Of a DNA stretch of 64,000 nt, positions 1 to 9,304 are shown piece by piece (the stretch's first letter is position 1; every line of letters starts with the position of its first letter). The stretch covers positions 160,001 through 224,000 of the forward strand of contig CBDCWP010000030.1 of NCBI GenBank assembly GCA_965223505.1, in the 5' to 3' direction. The position numbers were made by a program, and so were the translations under genes. The DNA is from Planctomycetota bacterium. GTDB taxonomy: Bacteria; Planctomycetota; PLA2; JAEUHO01. The notes beneath the pieces are model-generated. The model saw nothing but the letters and a program-made list of their open reading frames with translations, had not been told where the DNA came from and made no database searches.

Positions 1-295
1 AGTCCACCGTCAGCAGCGTTGCTTCGTTCAGGTTCGCGTTCGTGAGGTCGACACCGCCGGTGACGATGGCCTCGGTCATGATCGCATCCGACAGATCGGC
101 GCCGGCGAGGACCGACTTGTGCAGGTTCGCGCGGCTCAGGTCCACGTTGCTCAGGTTCGCGCCGGAGAGGTCGACGCCCTCGAGCTGGGCGTCCGCGAGG
201 CTCGGAACGTCGGCGCCCTTCTCACGCTCGGCGTTCCATTGCGCGATCGACTCTTTACCGCCGCGCAGGAGTTTTTCGGCGGCCTCGCGGTCCAT
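1..295 (-). CDS. Pentapeptide-repeat protein (runs off window start)
   Basis: Not in ORF track; own translation MDREAAEKLLRGGKESIAQWN...DLSGANLSNVDLSRANL...LAGADLSDA...DLTNANLNEA; GAGG upstream of ATG. Confidence 0.85.
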   Translation of the reverse strand, partial: MDREAAEKLLRGGKESIAQWNAEREKGADVPSLADAQLEGVDLSGANLSNVDLSRANLHKSVLAGADLSDAIMTEAIVTGGVDLTNANLNEATLLTVD

Positions 296-527
296 CGGAT
301 GCGTCCTCGGGTCTCGTCGTCGAAGGGTACGCAACATCTTCACGGGATGCATCGCCTGGCGCTCCGACAAACCCGGATCGGGCGCGATGTCACCGCGAAG
401 ACACGGCGACTCGGGCCCCACCTACGCAAAACAGAACATCGTTGGATGATCGGGTCCCGGTTGCTTGTTTGTCCGCCGTTTCCGGCCTACCGTTCGTAAA
501 GGTGTCACCGTCGTGAGGACGTCCCGA

Positions 528-1712
528 ATGCGAGTGGATCGGTGGGCAAGGTGTCTGTGCGCCTTCACGCTCGCCTGGGCGCTCGCGGGCTGCGCGCAGA
601 GTGTCGTATCGGCGCCGCAGCCGGCGGCAGGCGCCTGGACGACGCCGCCGACGGGCGCCGCGCTTCGCGCGCAGCCGCGCTTCGAGCTGGCGCGAACGCC
701 GTCCGCGACGACGGCACGGCCTCCCTGTCCGCCCGATCCCTGTCCGCCGGATCCGTGCCCGCCGATCCAGCGACAGGTCGTGACGGCACCGACGCCGGCC
801 GCGCCGCCGCGCATCGAAGACCCGTGTTCGCCGCCGTTGAGCTCGCGTGTCGAGCGGCAGCCGCCTTGTCCGCCGGATCCCGCGACGGTGCGGCTGCGCA
901 ATCCCGCACAGGCCGCGGCGCGGCGCTTCAACGGGTACGTCGCCTACGTCGCACCGGACTTCATCGACGCTGGCGTGTTCTACCGCGCGCTGGACCGCGT
1001 ATCGGTGGGCGTCGTGGCGCGACAGGACTTCGAAACCGAACAGCTTCCCGAGCTCGGCTCGGCCAAGCGTCCGGCCGCGGACGCCGTCCTCGACTTCGAC
1101 CGGTCGTCACAGTTTTCGTTCGGTCCCGCGCTCTACGTGAACCTCGTGCGCGAGACGCGTTCCCAGCCTTCGATCGGTCTCTTCGGAAGCGCGTACGAGT
1201 TCGGCACCGAGGACATCGAGAAGCTGCGTACGGTCGCGTTGACCGCCAGCAAGCGCTTCCCGGTCCGCAGCGGGCGCTCCGGGCTCGTTCGCAGCTTCGG
1301 CGTGAGCGGCGGGGGCGGCTACTGGTGGCGCAGCAAGCCGTCGGGGCTGGAGGACACGGACGGGTTCGTCGGCTGGCTGCGCGGTGACATCCAGCTCGCC
1401 CGCGGCTTCGGGGTGTTCGCCGAGATCTCGACGCAGCCGAACCACTGCGACGGCGCGTACGCGATCGGGCTTCAGTGGGTGAGCGACTTCGGGGTCACGT
1501 TCAGCATCAGCTACTACGACTGCTTCGCCGAGGACCGGGACGCGATCCAGCTCACGCCGGACGCGAAGGCCGGCAACTTCAAGCCGACGCGACGGCAACG
1601 AACGGACTTCACGAGCGGCGTCGACGCCTCGAGCGGCGCCTCGCCGCGGGCCTCGTCATGGGACGACGAAGACGAGTCGGGCCCGACGGCGGGCTTGATC
1701 CACGATGAGTAG
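528..1712 (+). CDS. Lipoprotein with Pro/Cys-rich linker and probable beta-barrel domain (paralogue of 5581-6687)
   Basis: Lipobox LAGC; PPCPPDPCPPDPCPP repeats; alternating amphipathic strands in C-terminal half. Confidence 0.6.
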   Translation: MRVDRWARCLCAFTLAWALAGCAQSVVSAPQPAAGAWTTPPTGAALRAQPRFELARTPSATTARPPCPPDPCPPDPCPPIQRQVVTAPTPAAPPRIEDPCSPPLSSRVERQPPCPPDPATVRLRNPAQAAARRFNGYVAYVAPDFIDAGVFYRALDRVSVGVVARQDFETEQLPELGSAKRPAADAVLDFDRSSQFSFGPALYVNLVRETRSQPSIGLFGSAYEFGTEDIEKLRTVALTASKRFPVRSGRSGLVRSFGVSGGGGYWWRSKPSGLEDTDGFVGWLRGDIQLARGFGVFAEISTQPNHCDGAYAIGLQWVSDFGVTFSISYYDCFAEDRDAIQLTPDAKAGNFKPTRRQRTDFTSGVDASSGASPRASSWDDEDESGPTAGLIHDE

Positions 1713-1724
1713 CCTGGCGGTCGG

Positions 1725-4700
1725 CTAGCCGCTCGCCGGCGGGACGCCGGGCGATGCCAACTGCGCCTCGAGCTCTGCAACTCGCTCGAGCTGTCGCTCG
1801 CGTTTCATCAGCTCGAACTGCCCGCGTGCACGGGCAAGTTCCTGCTTCGCACCCACGGGATCATTCGCCGCCGCAAGTGCCTGAGCGAGCTCCAGTCGCG
1901 TCGCGGCGGAGCCTTCCTCCGCCTTCGCGTCCGCCAGCTTCTCGACTGCCTTTCGCAACCAATCGCAAGCGCTGCGGAAGTCCGACGCTTGAAGCGCAAT
2001 TCGGCCGAGGCCGCGCCACGCGAAGCCGACGGCGTCGGGGTGCTTCTCCTCGGGAAAGGACTCGAGGAGACCTTCGTATGTCGCCTTCGCCGCGGCCGGA
2101 TCACCCGCAACGAGTTGCGCGTCGCCCAGAACGGCGGTGATGTGCCCCGCCGCGGACTTGTGAATACCGCCTTCGAGGAGCTTCAGCGCCGCTTGCGCAT
2201 ACGCAACCGCGTCGGCTCCGTCGCCTTCCTCGATTGCCAGCTCGGCGAGATTGCACTTCGCGACGGCGGTGCTGTAGCGGTCTCCCGCTTTCTCCCAAGT
2301 GGCGGCCGCCTGCTCGAAATTCACCCGCGCCATCGCGAGGTCGCCCATCGATTGCAGCACGAGCCCCAGGTTCACCTTGATGCCGACGACGCGTCGCGAA
2401 CCTGCCTTTTCTCCAACCTCGATCGCGCTCTCGTACGCGCGTTTGGCTCTCTCGAGATCACCTGCGAGGAGACGAGAGCTTCCGAGCCCCTTGGCAGCGC
2501 GGATCTGCTCGTCGACGATGCCGAGTTCGTCGGCACCCGCCTTCGCCTCCGAGAAGAGAGCGATTGCCTTCGAAAGTTCACCCTGACGACGGCAGATGCC
2601 TCCCTCGTAGATGTTCGCCAGGACGCCGATGCGGGTCGGCTCACCGCCGGCGCGGACAATACGTCGGGCCTCGCGAAATCGGTTTCTCGCGGCCTTGTTC
2701 TCGCCGCGGTCGCCATGGAGCTGCCCTTCGTCACAAAGCGCTTCCGCGAGCACCGCGCGACCCTCGGCGCCGGCGTCCCTCGCCATCTTGATGGCGTTCG
2801 CGAAGTGCGCTGCGGCGGCGGCGTGGTCGCCTTGCTTGTCGGCGATGACGCCCAGCCAGCGCGTCGCCTCGGCCTTCTCCACGTCACACGTCGACTCTGC
2901 CAGCATGGTGTCCGCCCACGCCTTCAGCGCCTCGTAGTTCGCGTTCTCATAGTGCACGTGCGCAACGCCCTTGTACGCCGTGGCGCGCGCCTCCAACGCC
3001 TGGTCGTCGTCACCTGTCGTGTTCGCAATGACCTGTTGAAAGATCGCAAGCGCTTCGTCGTGCTTGCCGCCGTAGAGCGCCTTCACCCCGTCGTCGACCG
3101 TCGCGTCCGGCGGAACCTCCACAAGCGTCTTCGGCTCGGCCTCCGGTCCCGCATCGCCCTCGACGGGCGTCTCCGACGCACCGGGCACGTCGTCGTCTGT
3201 CGGTTCTTCGGCCGCGGCCGGCTCTTCGCTCTCAGCGGCCGGCGCCGGCGTCTCTGTCTCCGCCGACTGCGTCTCCACCGCGTCAGGTGCCGCCTCCGTC
3301 GCAGCCTCCGGCCGTGACTCGGTCTCGGTCGCGGGCGTCTCGGTTGCGGGCGCCTCGCTATCGGGCGCCTTCTCTTCGACCATCGCCGGCTCGACGCCCA
3401 ACAGGGCCTGGACTTCGGCGATCGCCTTGTCCGTCTTGAAACTCCTCGCGCGGTCGAGCTGCTCTCGGGCGCGATCGAGCGCCCGCGTGGCGCCCTCCGT
3501 GTCGCCCGCCGCGTAGAGCGCCCGCGCGAGATCGAGCCGCGCCTCTGCCGCGTCCGCGCCGGCTCTCGCGTCGCCAAGGACGTCGACGGCCTTCACGAGC
3601 AGGCGCTTCGCCGCCTCGGCGTCTTTCTGTTCCAAACAGATGCGCCCCAACCCGGCGGTCGCCAAGCCGTGCGCTCGCATGTGCGGCTTGCCGGTGAACG
3701 TCTCGGGGATGCTCTCGTACGTCGTCCTGGCGGCATCCAGGTCCCCGGACGCGAGCTGCGCGTTGCCGAGATCGACCGTGACGAGTGCCCGGAGGTTCTC
3801 GTTCGCACCGCCTTCGAGCAGCGTCAGTGACGCGTTCGCCTCTTCGATCGCCTTGTCGTACGCGCCCGTCTCCGCAGAGAGCTGGGAGAGATTCGCCGTT
3901 GCCAGCGCCATGCCCGCGACGTCACCCGCCTTCTCCCATTCGGCGAGCGCTTGCTCGTTGTAGGCGCGCGCGGCTTCGAAATCGCCGGTCTTCGTCGCGA
4001 CGCTGGCGAGGCCGATCGACGGCCCGATGATGAACTCGGTCGAGCCCAGCTCCTCTCCGATCTCGAGCGCGTCCTCGAACGAGCGCTGGGCGCGGTCGTA
4101 CGCACCGAGCTCGTGATGGACGTTGCCGAGCGCGTTCGCCGATCGCGCGGTCTCGAGGGCGTAGCCGAGGATCTCGGCCGTCGTATGCGCGCTCGTGAAC
4201 AGCGCCGCCGCCTGGGACAGACGGCCTTCGCGACGCTCGATGCCGCCTTCGATGAGGTCCGCCAGGACCCCGATGCGCGTCCGCTTCTTCTTGGCACGGG
4301 CGACGCGGCGCGCTTCACGCAGCCGCTCCTTCGCCTCGTCCATCTCGCCGGCCTCGCGCAAGGCAAGCGCCTCGTCGCAGAGCGCCTCGGCCAAGACCTG
4401 ACGACCCTCCGAGCCGACCTCGCGGGCCGCCTCGATGGCCTTGCGTCGGTGCCGCGCCGCGGACTCCTTGTCTCCGCGCCGCTCGAGCGACAACGCGGTC
4501 CAACGTTCGGCCTCGGCCTCGTGCGCCTTCGTCGCCGCGACCTGCGTCATCGTCTCGGCGTACGCCTGCACCTTGTCGTAGGCGGTGAGCTGCAGGTGAA
4601 CGCGCGCCAGGCCGCACAGCGCCTGGAAGTGCGTCTCCTTGGACTCGTCGTCGTCGCCGTCCTTCGACGCCTCGACGAGTTTCTCGTATTCCGCGATCGC

Positions 4701-5390
4701 GTCCCGATTGCGGCCTTCGCGGTCCGCCGCGTACGCGACACCGAGCGGAGACGTGTCGGCCCGCGGCTTCTCGCCCACAGGTGTCTCGGGTTCGCGCGTT
4801 TCGGTCGCGGGCGCCGGCTCTGACGCAGCGGACGCTTCGGATGTCTCGGCGGCCTGCGCCGCGTCCGCCTCGATGGTCCCGTCGATCACCGATTGCATGC
4901 TCGCTTCGAGCGGCGACGCGACGTTGGGTGACGACGGACCCGCTGCGTCGGCTGTCGCGGCCGGTGGCGTACTGCTCGTCGCAGACGGAACCGGCGGCGC
5001 ATCCGTGGGCGGCGGCGGCGTCGGCGGGGCGGCGGCAGGCGTCGCGGGTGTGGCAGCAGGAACCGATGGCGGCGCGGCAGGTGCCGGCGGCGGCGTTGCA
5101 GGCACAACGGCGACCGGCGGAGGCGGCGCAGCTGCCGGCGCGGGCGCCGCAGCGGTCGCCGTCAAGCCCACGCCGCATTGGGCACAGAACTTCGCGCCGG
5201 GTGCGCTGGGTGTCGCGCACTGCGGGCACGCCGTCGGCAGCTGCATCCCACACTGCGTGCAGTACTTCGTGCCGGCTGCGTAGGGGGAGGCGCACTGCAC
5301 GCAGACCGGAAGCTTGCACCCGCATTGCGCGCAGAATTTGGCGCCCGCCTCACACGCGGACGAGCAGCTCGGACAGGCCATCCCGGACAT
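1725..5390 (-). CDS. Zinc-ribbon plus duplicated TPR-block protein
   Basis: Six N-terminal CxxC motifs (GAKFCAQCG type), Pro/Ala linker, two mutually similar TPR arrays separated by an acidic linker. Confidence 0.8.
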   Translation of the reverse strand: MSGMACPSCSSACEAGAKFCAQCGCKLPVCVQCASPYAAGTKYCTQCGMQLPTACPQCATPSAPGAKFCAQCGVGLTATAAAPAPAAAPPPPVAVVPATPPPAPAAPPSVPAATPATPAAAPPTPPPPTDAPPVPSATSSTPPAATADAAGPSSPNVASPLEASMQSVIDGTIEADAAQAAETSEASAASEPAPATETREPETPVGEKPRADTSPLGVAYAADREGRNRDAIAEYEKLVEASKDGDDDESKETHFQALCGLARVHLQLTAYDKVQAYAETMTQVAATKAHEAEAERWTALSLERRGDKESAARHRRKAIEAAREVGSEGRQVLAEALCDEALALREAGEMDEAKERLREARRVARAKKKRTRIGVLADLIEGGIERREGRLSQAAALFTSAHTTAEILGYALETARSANALGNVHHELGAYDRAQRSFEDALEIGEELGSTEFIIGPSIGLASVATKTGDFEAARAYNEQALAEWEKAGDVAGMALATANLSQLSAETGAYDKAIEEANASLTLLEGGANENLRALVTVDLGNAQLASGDLDAARTTYESIPETFTGKPHMRAHGLATAGLGRICLEQKDAEAAKRLLVKAVDVLGDARAGADAAEARLDLARALYAAGDTEGATRALDRAREQLDRARSFKTDKAIAEVQALLGVEPAMVEEKAPDSEAPATETPATETESRPEAATEAAPDAVETQSAETETPAPAAESEEPAAAEEPTDDDVPGASETPVEGDAGPEAEPKTLVEVPPDATVDDGVKALYGGKHDEALAIFQQVIANTTGDDDQALEARATAYKGVAHVHYENANYEALKAWADTMLAESTCDVEKAEATRWLGVIADKQGDHAAAAAHFANAIKMARDAGAEGRAVLAEALCDEGQLHGDRGENKAARNRFREARRIVRAGGEPTRIGVLANIYEGGICRRQGELSKAIALFSEAKAGADELGIVDEQIRAAKGLGSSRLLAGDLERAKRAYESAIEVGEKAGSRRVVGIKVNLGLVLQSMGDLAMARVNFEQAAATWEKAGDRYSTAVAKCNLAELAIEEGDGADAVAYAQAALKLLEGGIHKSAAGHITAVLGDAQLVAGDPAAAKATYEGLLESFPEEKHPDAVGFAWRGLGRIALQASDFRSACDWLRKAVEKLADAKAEEGSAATRLELAQALAAANDPVGAKQELARARGQFELMKRERQLERVAELEAQLASPGVPPASG

Positions 5391-5580
5391 TCAGCAGAGT
5401 CCCCGCCAACGACGAGCCAGAAAGATAAGGGACGCTGCAAAGCGACGCGACGTCCACGAAACGCAACATGGTTGCAACGGCCTAACGAGTGCGAACGGGT
5501 GTTTGTAGGCCCTCGCGCGCGTTGCCCCCGGCACGCCTGTTCCTCTATGGTCCACGGTCCGGACACGGGGAACGCAGCAC

Positions 5581-6687
5581 ATGGAGAAGGCGCCCAGGCT
5601 CGCTCGAACCGCGCTGCTCGCGCTGTTCGCGCTCCCGTTGTCGGCGTGCGCCGTGCCGATCTACACGGCGCCGGTCGAGCGGGCGCGTCCCGCGCCTCCG
5701 CTGTACGCACAGCATCGGCTCGCACCCGATTGGACGACGCCGGCACGCCCCACATCACCATCGCGCGATGTTCGCGACGCGCCGCGAGCCGACTGGGAAA
5801 CGTCGACAGGGGCTTGGGACCTCACACGACCCGGCGCCGCCCCCGTTCGGTCGCCCGGCACGTCGCCCGGCCTGTTCGGTCTCGACATTCCCGTGCGCGG
5901 GAGCATCTCGTACTTGCACGAGGACATCGTCTCGGCCGGACTCTTCGTGAAGGCACTCGAAGGGCTCACCGTCGGCGCGGTCATGCAGAGCGCGGAGGAC
6001 GGCACCGAGACGGCGGTCTACGAGGATCAACTCCGACCCGACTTCACCAGCGAGCCGACACTCGTCGGCGTCCTGGACAACCGGCGAACACGGACGTCGT
6101 TCGGACCGCTCATCCAAGCGCGGATCGTGCGGGAGGACGATGGCCGCCCCTACGTCGGGCTCGGGGGCTATGCGCTCCTGTGGGGCGACGACAAGGCGGA
6201 AGAGGTGTACTCCGTCTACGCCGTCGCGTCGAAAGGCGTGTCGCAGCCGCTCGGACGCGAGCTGCGCTTCGACGTCGGTGTCGGCTACATGTGGCGCAAG
6301 GCGTGGCGCCCCGTCAGCGCCAGCTTCGCGGGCACGCGCGCATTCGCAGCGGACGTGCGCTTCGATTACGTCGACGACGACGGCTGGCAAGGGTGGGCCG
6401 GCGTGAGCCTCGAGCTCGTCGAGGACGTTTCGATCTTCGCACAGGTCGCATCGGTACCTCGCTGCACGGCGAGCTTCGTGATCGGCGTGCGCTGGTCGAC
6501 GCCACTGGGCATCGACATCAGCATCGGGCTGTACGAGTGCCTGGGCGAAGAGACGTCCGATCCGTTCTTCGCCATGCGGGACCCCTCGATTCCCACGCCG
6601 ATGGCGCCCGGCGGCGCGTCCGGTGCGTCGTACTCGCCGAGTGCCGGTGCCGGCGGCGCACAGCTGAGCCACCTCTGGGGCGACTGA
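5581..6687 (+). CDS. Lipoprotein, probable beta-barrel (paralogue of 528-1712)
   Basis: Lipobox LSAC; aligns by eye to 528-1712 (SFGP, ASK, GYxWR, DGxxGW, C..IG..W..G...SI..Y.C). Confidence 0.6.
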   Translation: MEKAPRLARTALLALFALPLSACAVPIYTAPVERARPAPPLYAQHRLAPDWTTPARPTSPSRDVRDAPRADWETSTGAWDLTRPGAAPVRSPGTSPGLFGLDIPVRGSISYLHEDIVSAGLFVKALEGLTVGAVMQSAEDGTETAVYEDQLRPDFTSEPTLVGVLDNRRTRTSFGPLIQARIVREDDGRPYVGLGGYALLWGDDKAEEVYSVYAVASKGVSQPLGRELRFDVGVGYMWRKAWRPVSASFAGTRAFAADVRFDYVDDDGWQGWAGVSLELVEDVSIFAQVASVPRCTASFVIGVRWSTPLGIDISIGLYECLGEETSDPFFAMRDPSIPTPMAPGGASGASYSPSAGAGGAQLSHLWGD

Positions 6688-6744
6688 CGCCTCGCACGCG
6701 GTAGTTCCGGGGCGCACGGGCGCCGCTTCGGGCATCATCGGCCC

Positions 6745-8070
6745 GTGCCCGAGACCCTCCCCACCACCGGCCGCGTCGCGCTCGTGTCGCTGGGCTGCGC
6801 CAAGAACCTCGTCGACAGTGAGCGGTTGGTGGGCGATCTGAACGCCGCGGGGTTCGAGCTCGCCGACACGCTCGACGGCGCCGACCTCGCGCTCGTCAAC
6901 ACGTGCGGCTTCATCGACCCCGCCAAGGAAGAGTCGATCGACACCATCCTGCGGGTCACGAACCACAAGGAGTTCGGGCGGCTGCGGGGCGTCATCGTCG
7001 CCGGTTGTCTCGTCGAGCGTTACGCGGAGCAGCTTCAGAACGACATCCCGGAGGTCGATCGCTGGTTGCCGTTCAACGACTACGGCCGCGTCGTCGAAGC
7101 CGCGCGCGACTTGATGGGCTTGCCGCAGGTGCGCGCACTCGCGCCGGAGCGCGTCCTGCTCACCCCCACCGCGTACGCGTACTTGAAGATCAGCGAAGGC
7201 TGCGATCAGAAGTGCACGTTCTGCGCGATCCCTTCGTTTCGGGGCCGGCTCGACAGCCGCTCGATCGAAGCCAACGTCGAGGACGCACGCCGCATCGCCG
7301 AGCGGGGCGTCGGCGAGATCAACATCGTCTCGCAAGACACGACCGCCTACGGCCGCGACCGCTACGGCAAGCCGCAGCTCGCGAAGCTGCTGCGGGAGCT
7401 GACGAAGATCGACGGGCCGAGCTGGTGGCGCGTGCTCTACCTCTACCCTTCGACGCTGCGCGACGACGTGCTCGACGAGATGGCCGAGAACGACCGCATC
7501 GCGAAGTACGTCGACATGCCGCTGCAGCACGTCAGCGACGACATGCTCCGTGCCATGCGCCGCGGCATCAACGGCGAGCGCCAGCGCGCCCTCCTCACGC
7601 GCATCCGTGAACGCATGCCCGACGCCGCCATTCGCACCACCCTGATCTCCGGTTTTCCCGGCGAGACGGATGCGGACCACCGCGAGCTGGTCGACTTCGT
7701 ACGCGAGGGATGGTTCGACCGGCTGGGCGTGTTCACGTTCAGCCGCGAGGACGGAACCCCGTCGTACGACATGCCCGGGCAGGTGCCGCCCGAGGTCATG
7801 GAGGCGCGCCGCGCCGAGCTCATGGAAGCCCAGCGCGAGGTGCACTTCGCACACAACCGCACCAAGGTCGGCTCCGTGGTCGACGTGCTGCTCGATACGG
7901 TCCAGCCGCTCGCGAAGCGGGCCGAAGGCCGCACCCAGCACGATGCGCCGGACGTCGACGGTACCGTCCGCATTCGCGGCATCGAGGACGGGCGGCCGGG
8001 CGCCGTGATTCCGGTGCACATCGAAGAAGCGGACGGCTACGACTTGGTCGGAACGCCCGCGGGCGCGTAA
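6745..8070 (+). CDS. rimO: Ribosomal protein S12 methylthiotransferase RimO
   Basis: SLGCAKNLVDSE, NTCGFI..AKEES, radical SAM CDQKCTFC, C-terminal TRAM (DAPDVDG). Confidence 0.95.
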   Translation: MPETLPTTGRVALVSLGCAKNLVDSERLVGDLNAAGFELADTLDGADLALVNTCGFIDPAKEESIDTILRVTNHKEFGRLRGVIVAGCLVERYAEQLQNDIPEVDRWLPFNDYGRVVEAARDLMGLPQVRALAPERVLLTPTAYAYLKISEGCDQKCTFCAIPSFRGRLDSRSIEANVEDARRIAERGVGEINIVSQDTTAYGRDRYGKPQLAKLLRELTKIDGPSWWRVLYLYPSTLRDDVLDEMAENDRIAKYVDMPLQHVSDDMLRAMRRGINGERQRALLTRIRERMPDAAIRTTLISGFPGETDADHRELVDFVREGWFDRLGVFTFSREDGTPSYDMPGQVPPEVMEARRAELMEAQREVHFAHNRTKVGSVVDVLLDTVQPLAKRAEGRTQHDAPDVDGTVRIRGIEDGRPGAVIPVHIEEADGYDLVGTPAGA

Positions 8071-8071
8071 C

Positions 8072-8701
8072 GTGACCGCCATGGGCTGGGCCAATCGCGT
8101 CACGATCGGAAGGGGCATCGTCACGCTCGTCGTGTGGGTGCTCGTCGTGATCGGCACGTACAACCCGAGCAACACGCTTTGGTGGACGGCATTCGTGCTC
8201 TTCGTGCTCGCCGCCGCCACGGACAAGCTCGACGGCTACCTCGCGCGCCGACTGGGCGAGGTCACGGTCTTCGGCCGCATCGTCGACCCGCTCGTGGACA
8301 AGCTGCTCTCCATCGGCACGATGATTCTGCTGCTGGGCGTGCCTTCGGTGAGCGGCGTCCTGCCCGCGTGGGCCGTCACCTTGATGTTGGCGCGCGAGAT
8401 GCTGGTCACCGTCCTGCGCGCCGCCGTCGAAGCCAAGGGCATGAATTTCCAGGCCATGGCGTGGGGCAAGTACAAATTCACGATCCAGTGCTTCGCCGCA
8501 GGCGCCGTGCTCATTCACCCGTCGGGATGGTGGCTCGCCCACCTCGAGGTCGCGCCGCTCGCAGAGGTGCCGACGCTTCCGGGTGCGACGTGGGACGTCA
8601 CCCATCTGCTCGTTTGGTTCGCCACGGTGTTCACGGCGATGTCGGGCATCGTGTACACGCGCAAGGCGATCACGATGCTGCGGGGCGGCGGCGACGCGTG
8701 A
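8072..8701 (+). CDS. pgsA: CDP-diacylglycerol--glycerol-3-phosphate 3-phosphatidyltransferase
   Basis: DKLDGYLARR..VTVFGRIVDPLVDK CDP-alcohol motif; follows rimO. Confidence 0.9.
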   Translation: MTAMGWANRVTIGRGIVTLVVWVLVVIGTYNPSNTLWWTAFVLFVLAAATDKLDGYLARRLGEVTVFGRIVDPLVDKLLSIGTMILLLGVPSVSGVLPAWAVTLMLAREMLVTVLRAAVEAKGMNFQAMAWGKYKFTIQCFAAGAVLIHPSGWWLAHLEVAPLAEVPTLPGATWDVTHLLVWFATVFTAMSGIVYTRKAITMLRGGGDA

Positions 8702-9222
8702 GCGCGACGCCGCCGAACGACGCGCCCCTCGGCCGCGGCGCGCGGATGATGCTCTCCTTCTTCGGGCTCGGGCTCTCGCCGGTCATGCCGGGCACCGTGG
8801 CGTCGCTGGCGACCGCCGCGCTCATCTGGTTGGCGTCGCAGGCCGACGATCCGGGCGTGGGACCGTTCGTCGGGATCGTGTTCGTACTGTTCGGCGTCAT
8901 CGCGACGATGAAGTGGGCCGATGCGGCCCGCGCCAAGGACGGCCGCAAGGACCCGGGCTGGGTCGTCTCGGACGAGGTCGCCGGACAGGCCCTGGCCAGC
9001 CTCGGCGCGTTCCCGCAAGCCGGCGGGACGCAGGGCGTGAGCGCAGCCGTGCTCGCTTTCGTCCTCTTCCGGGTCCTCGACATCACCAAGCCGCCGCCCA
9101 TCCGTCAGATGGAACGCATTCCCGGCGCGGCGGGCGTCCTCTGGGACGACGTCATGGCCGGCCTGCTCGTGCTCGTCGTCACCTACCTGCTCAATTTCGC
9201 GGGCGTGCTGCCCTCCTTCTGA
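8698..9222 (+). CDS. pgpA: Phosphatidylglycerophosphatase A
   Basis: PGTVASL, KDPGWVVSDEVAG, FRVLDITKPPPI, DDVMAG; GTGA overlap with pgsA. Confidence 0.9.
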   Translation: MSATPPNDAPLGRGARMMLSFFGLGLSPVMPGTVASLATAALIWLASQADDPGVGPFVGIVFVLFGVIATMKWADAARAKDGRKDPGWVVSDEVAGQALASLGAFPQAGGTQGVSAAVLAFVLFRVLDITKPPPIRQMERIPGAAGVLWDDVMAGLLVLVVTYLLNFAGVLPSF

Positions 9223-9304
9223 CCGAGAACGTTGCGGGCCGCATAGTCGCAATCCGGCAGGGTCTCTATACTCGCGCGTTGCATCCCATTGAAAGGACGT
9301 CCCC

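Noticed and set aside
5755..8226. Long antisense or alternate-frame ORFs (also 9266-11449, 53601-55886, 59334-61052)
   Set aside because: Shadow ORFs expected at high GC; they overlap well-supported genes and show no recognisable motifs.
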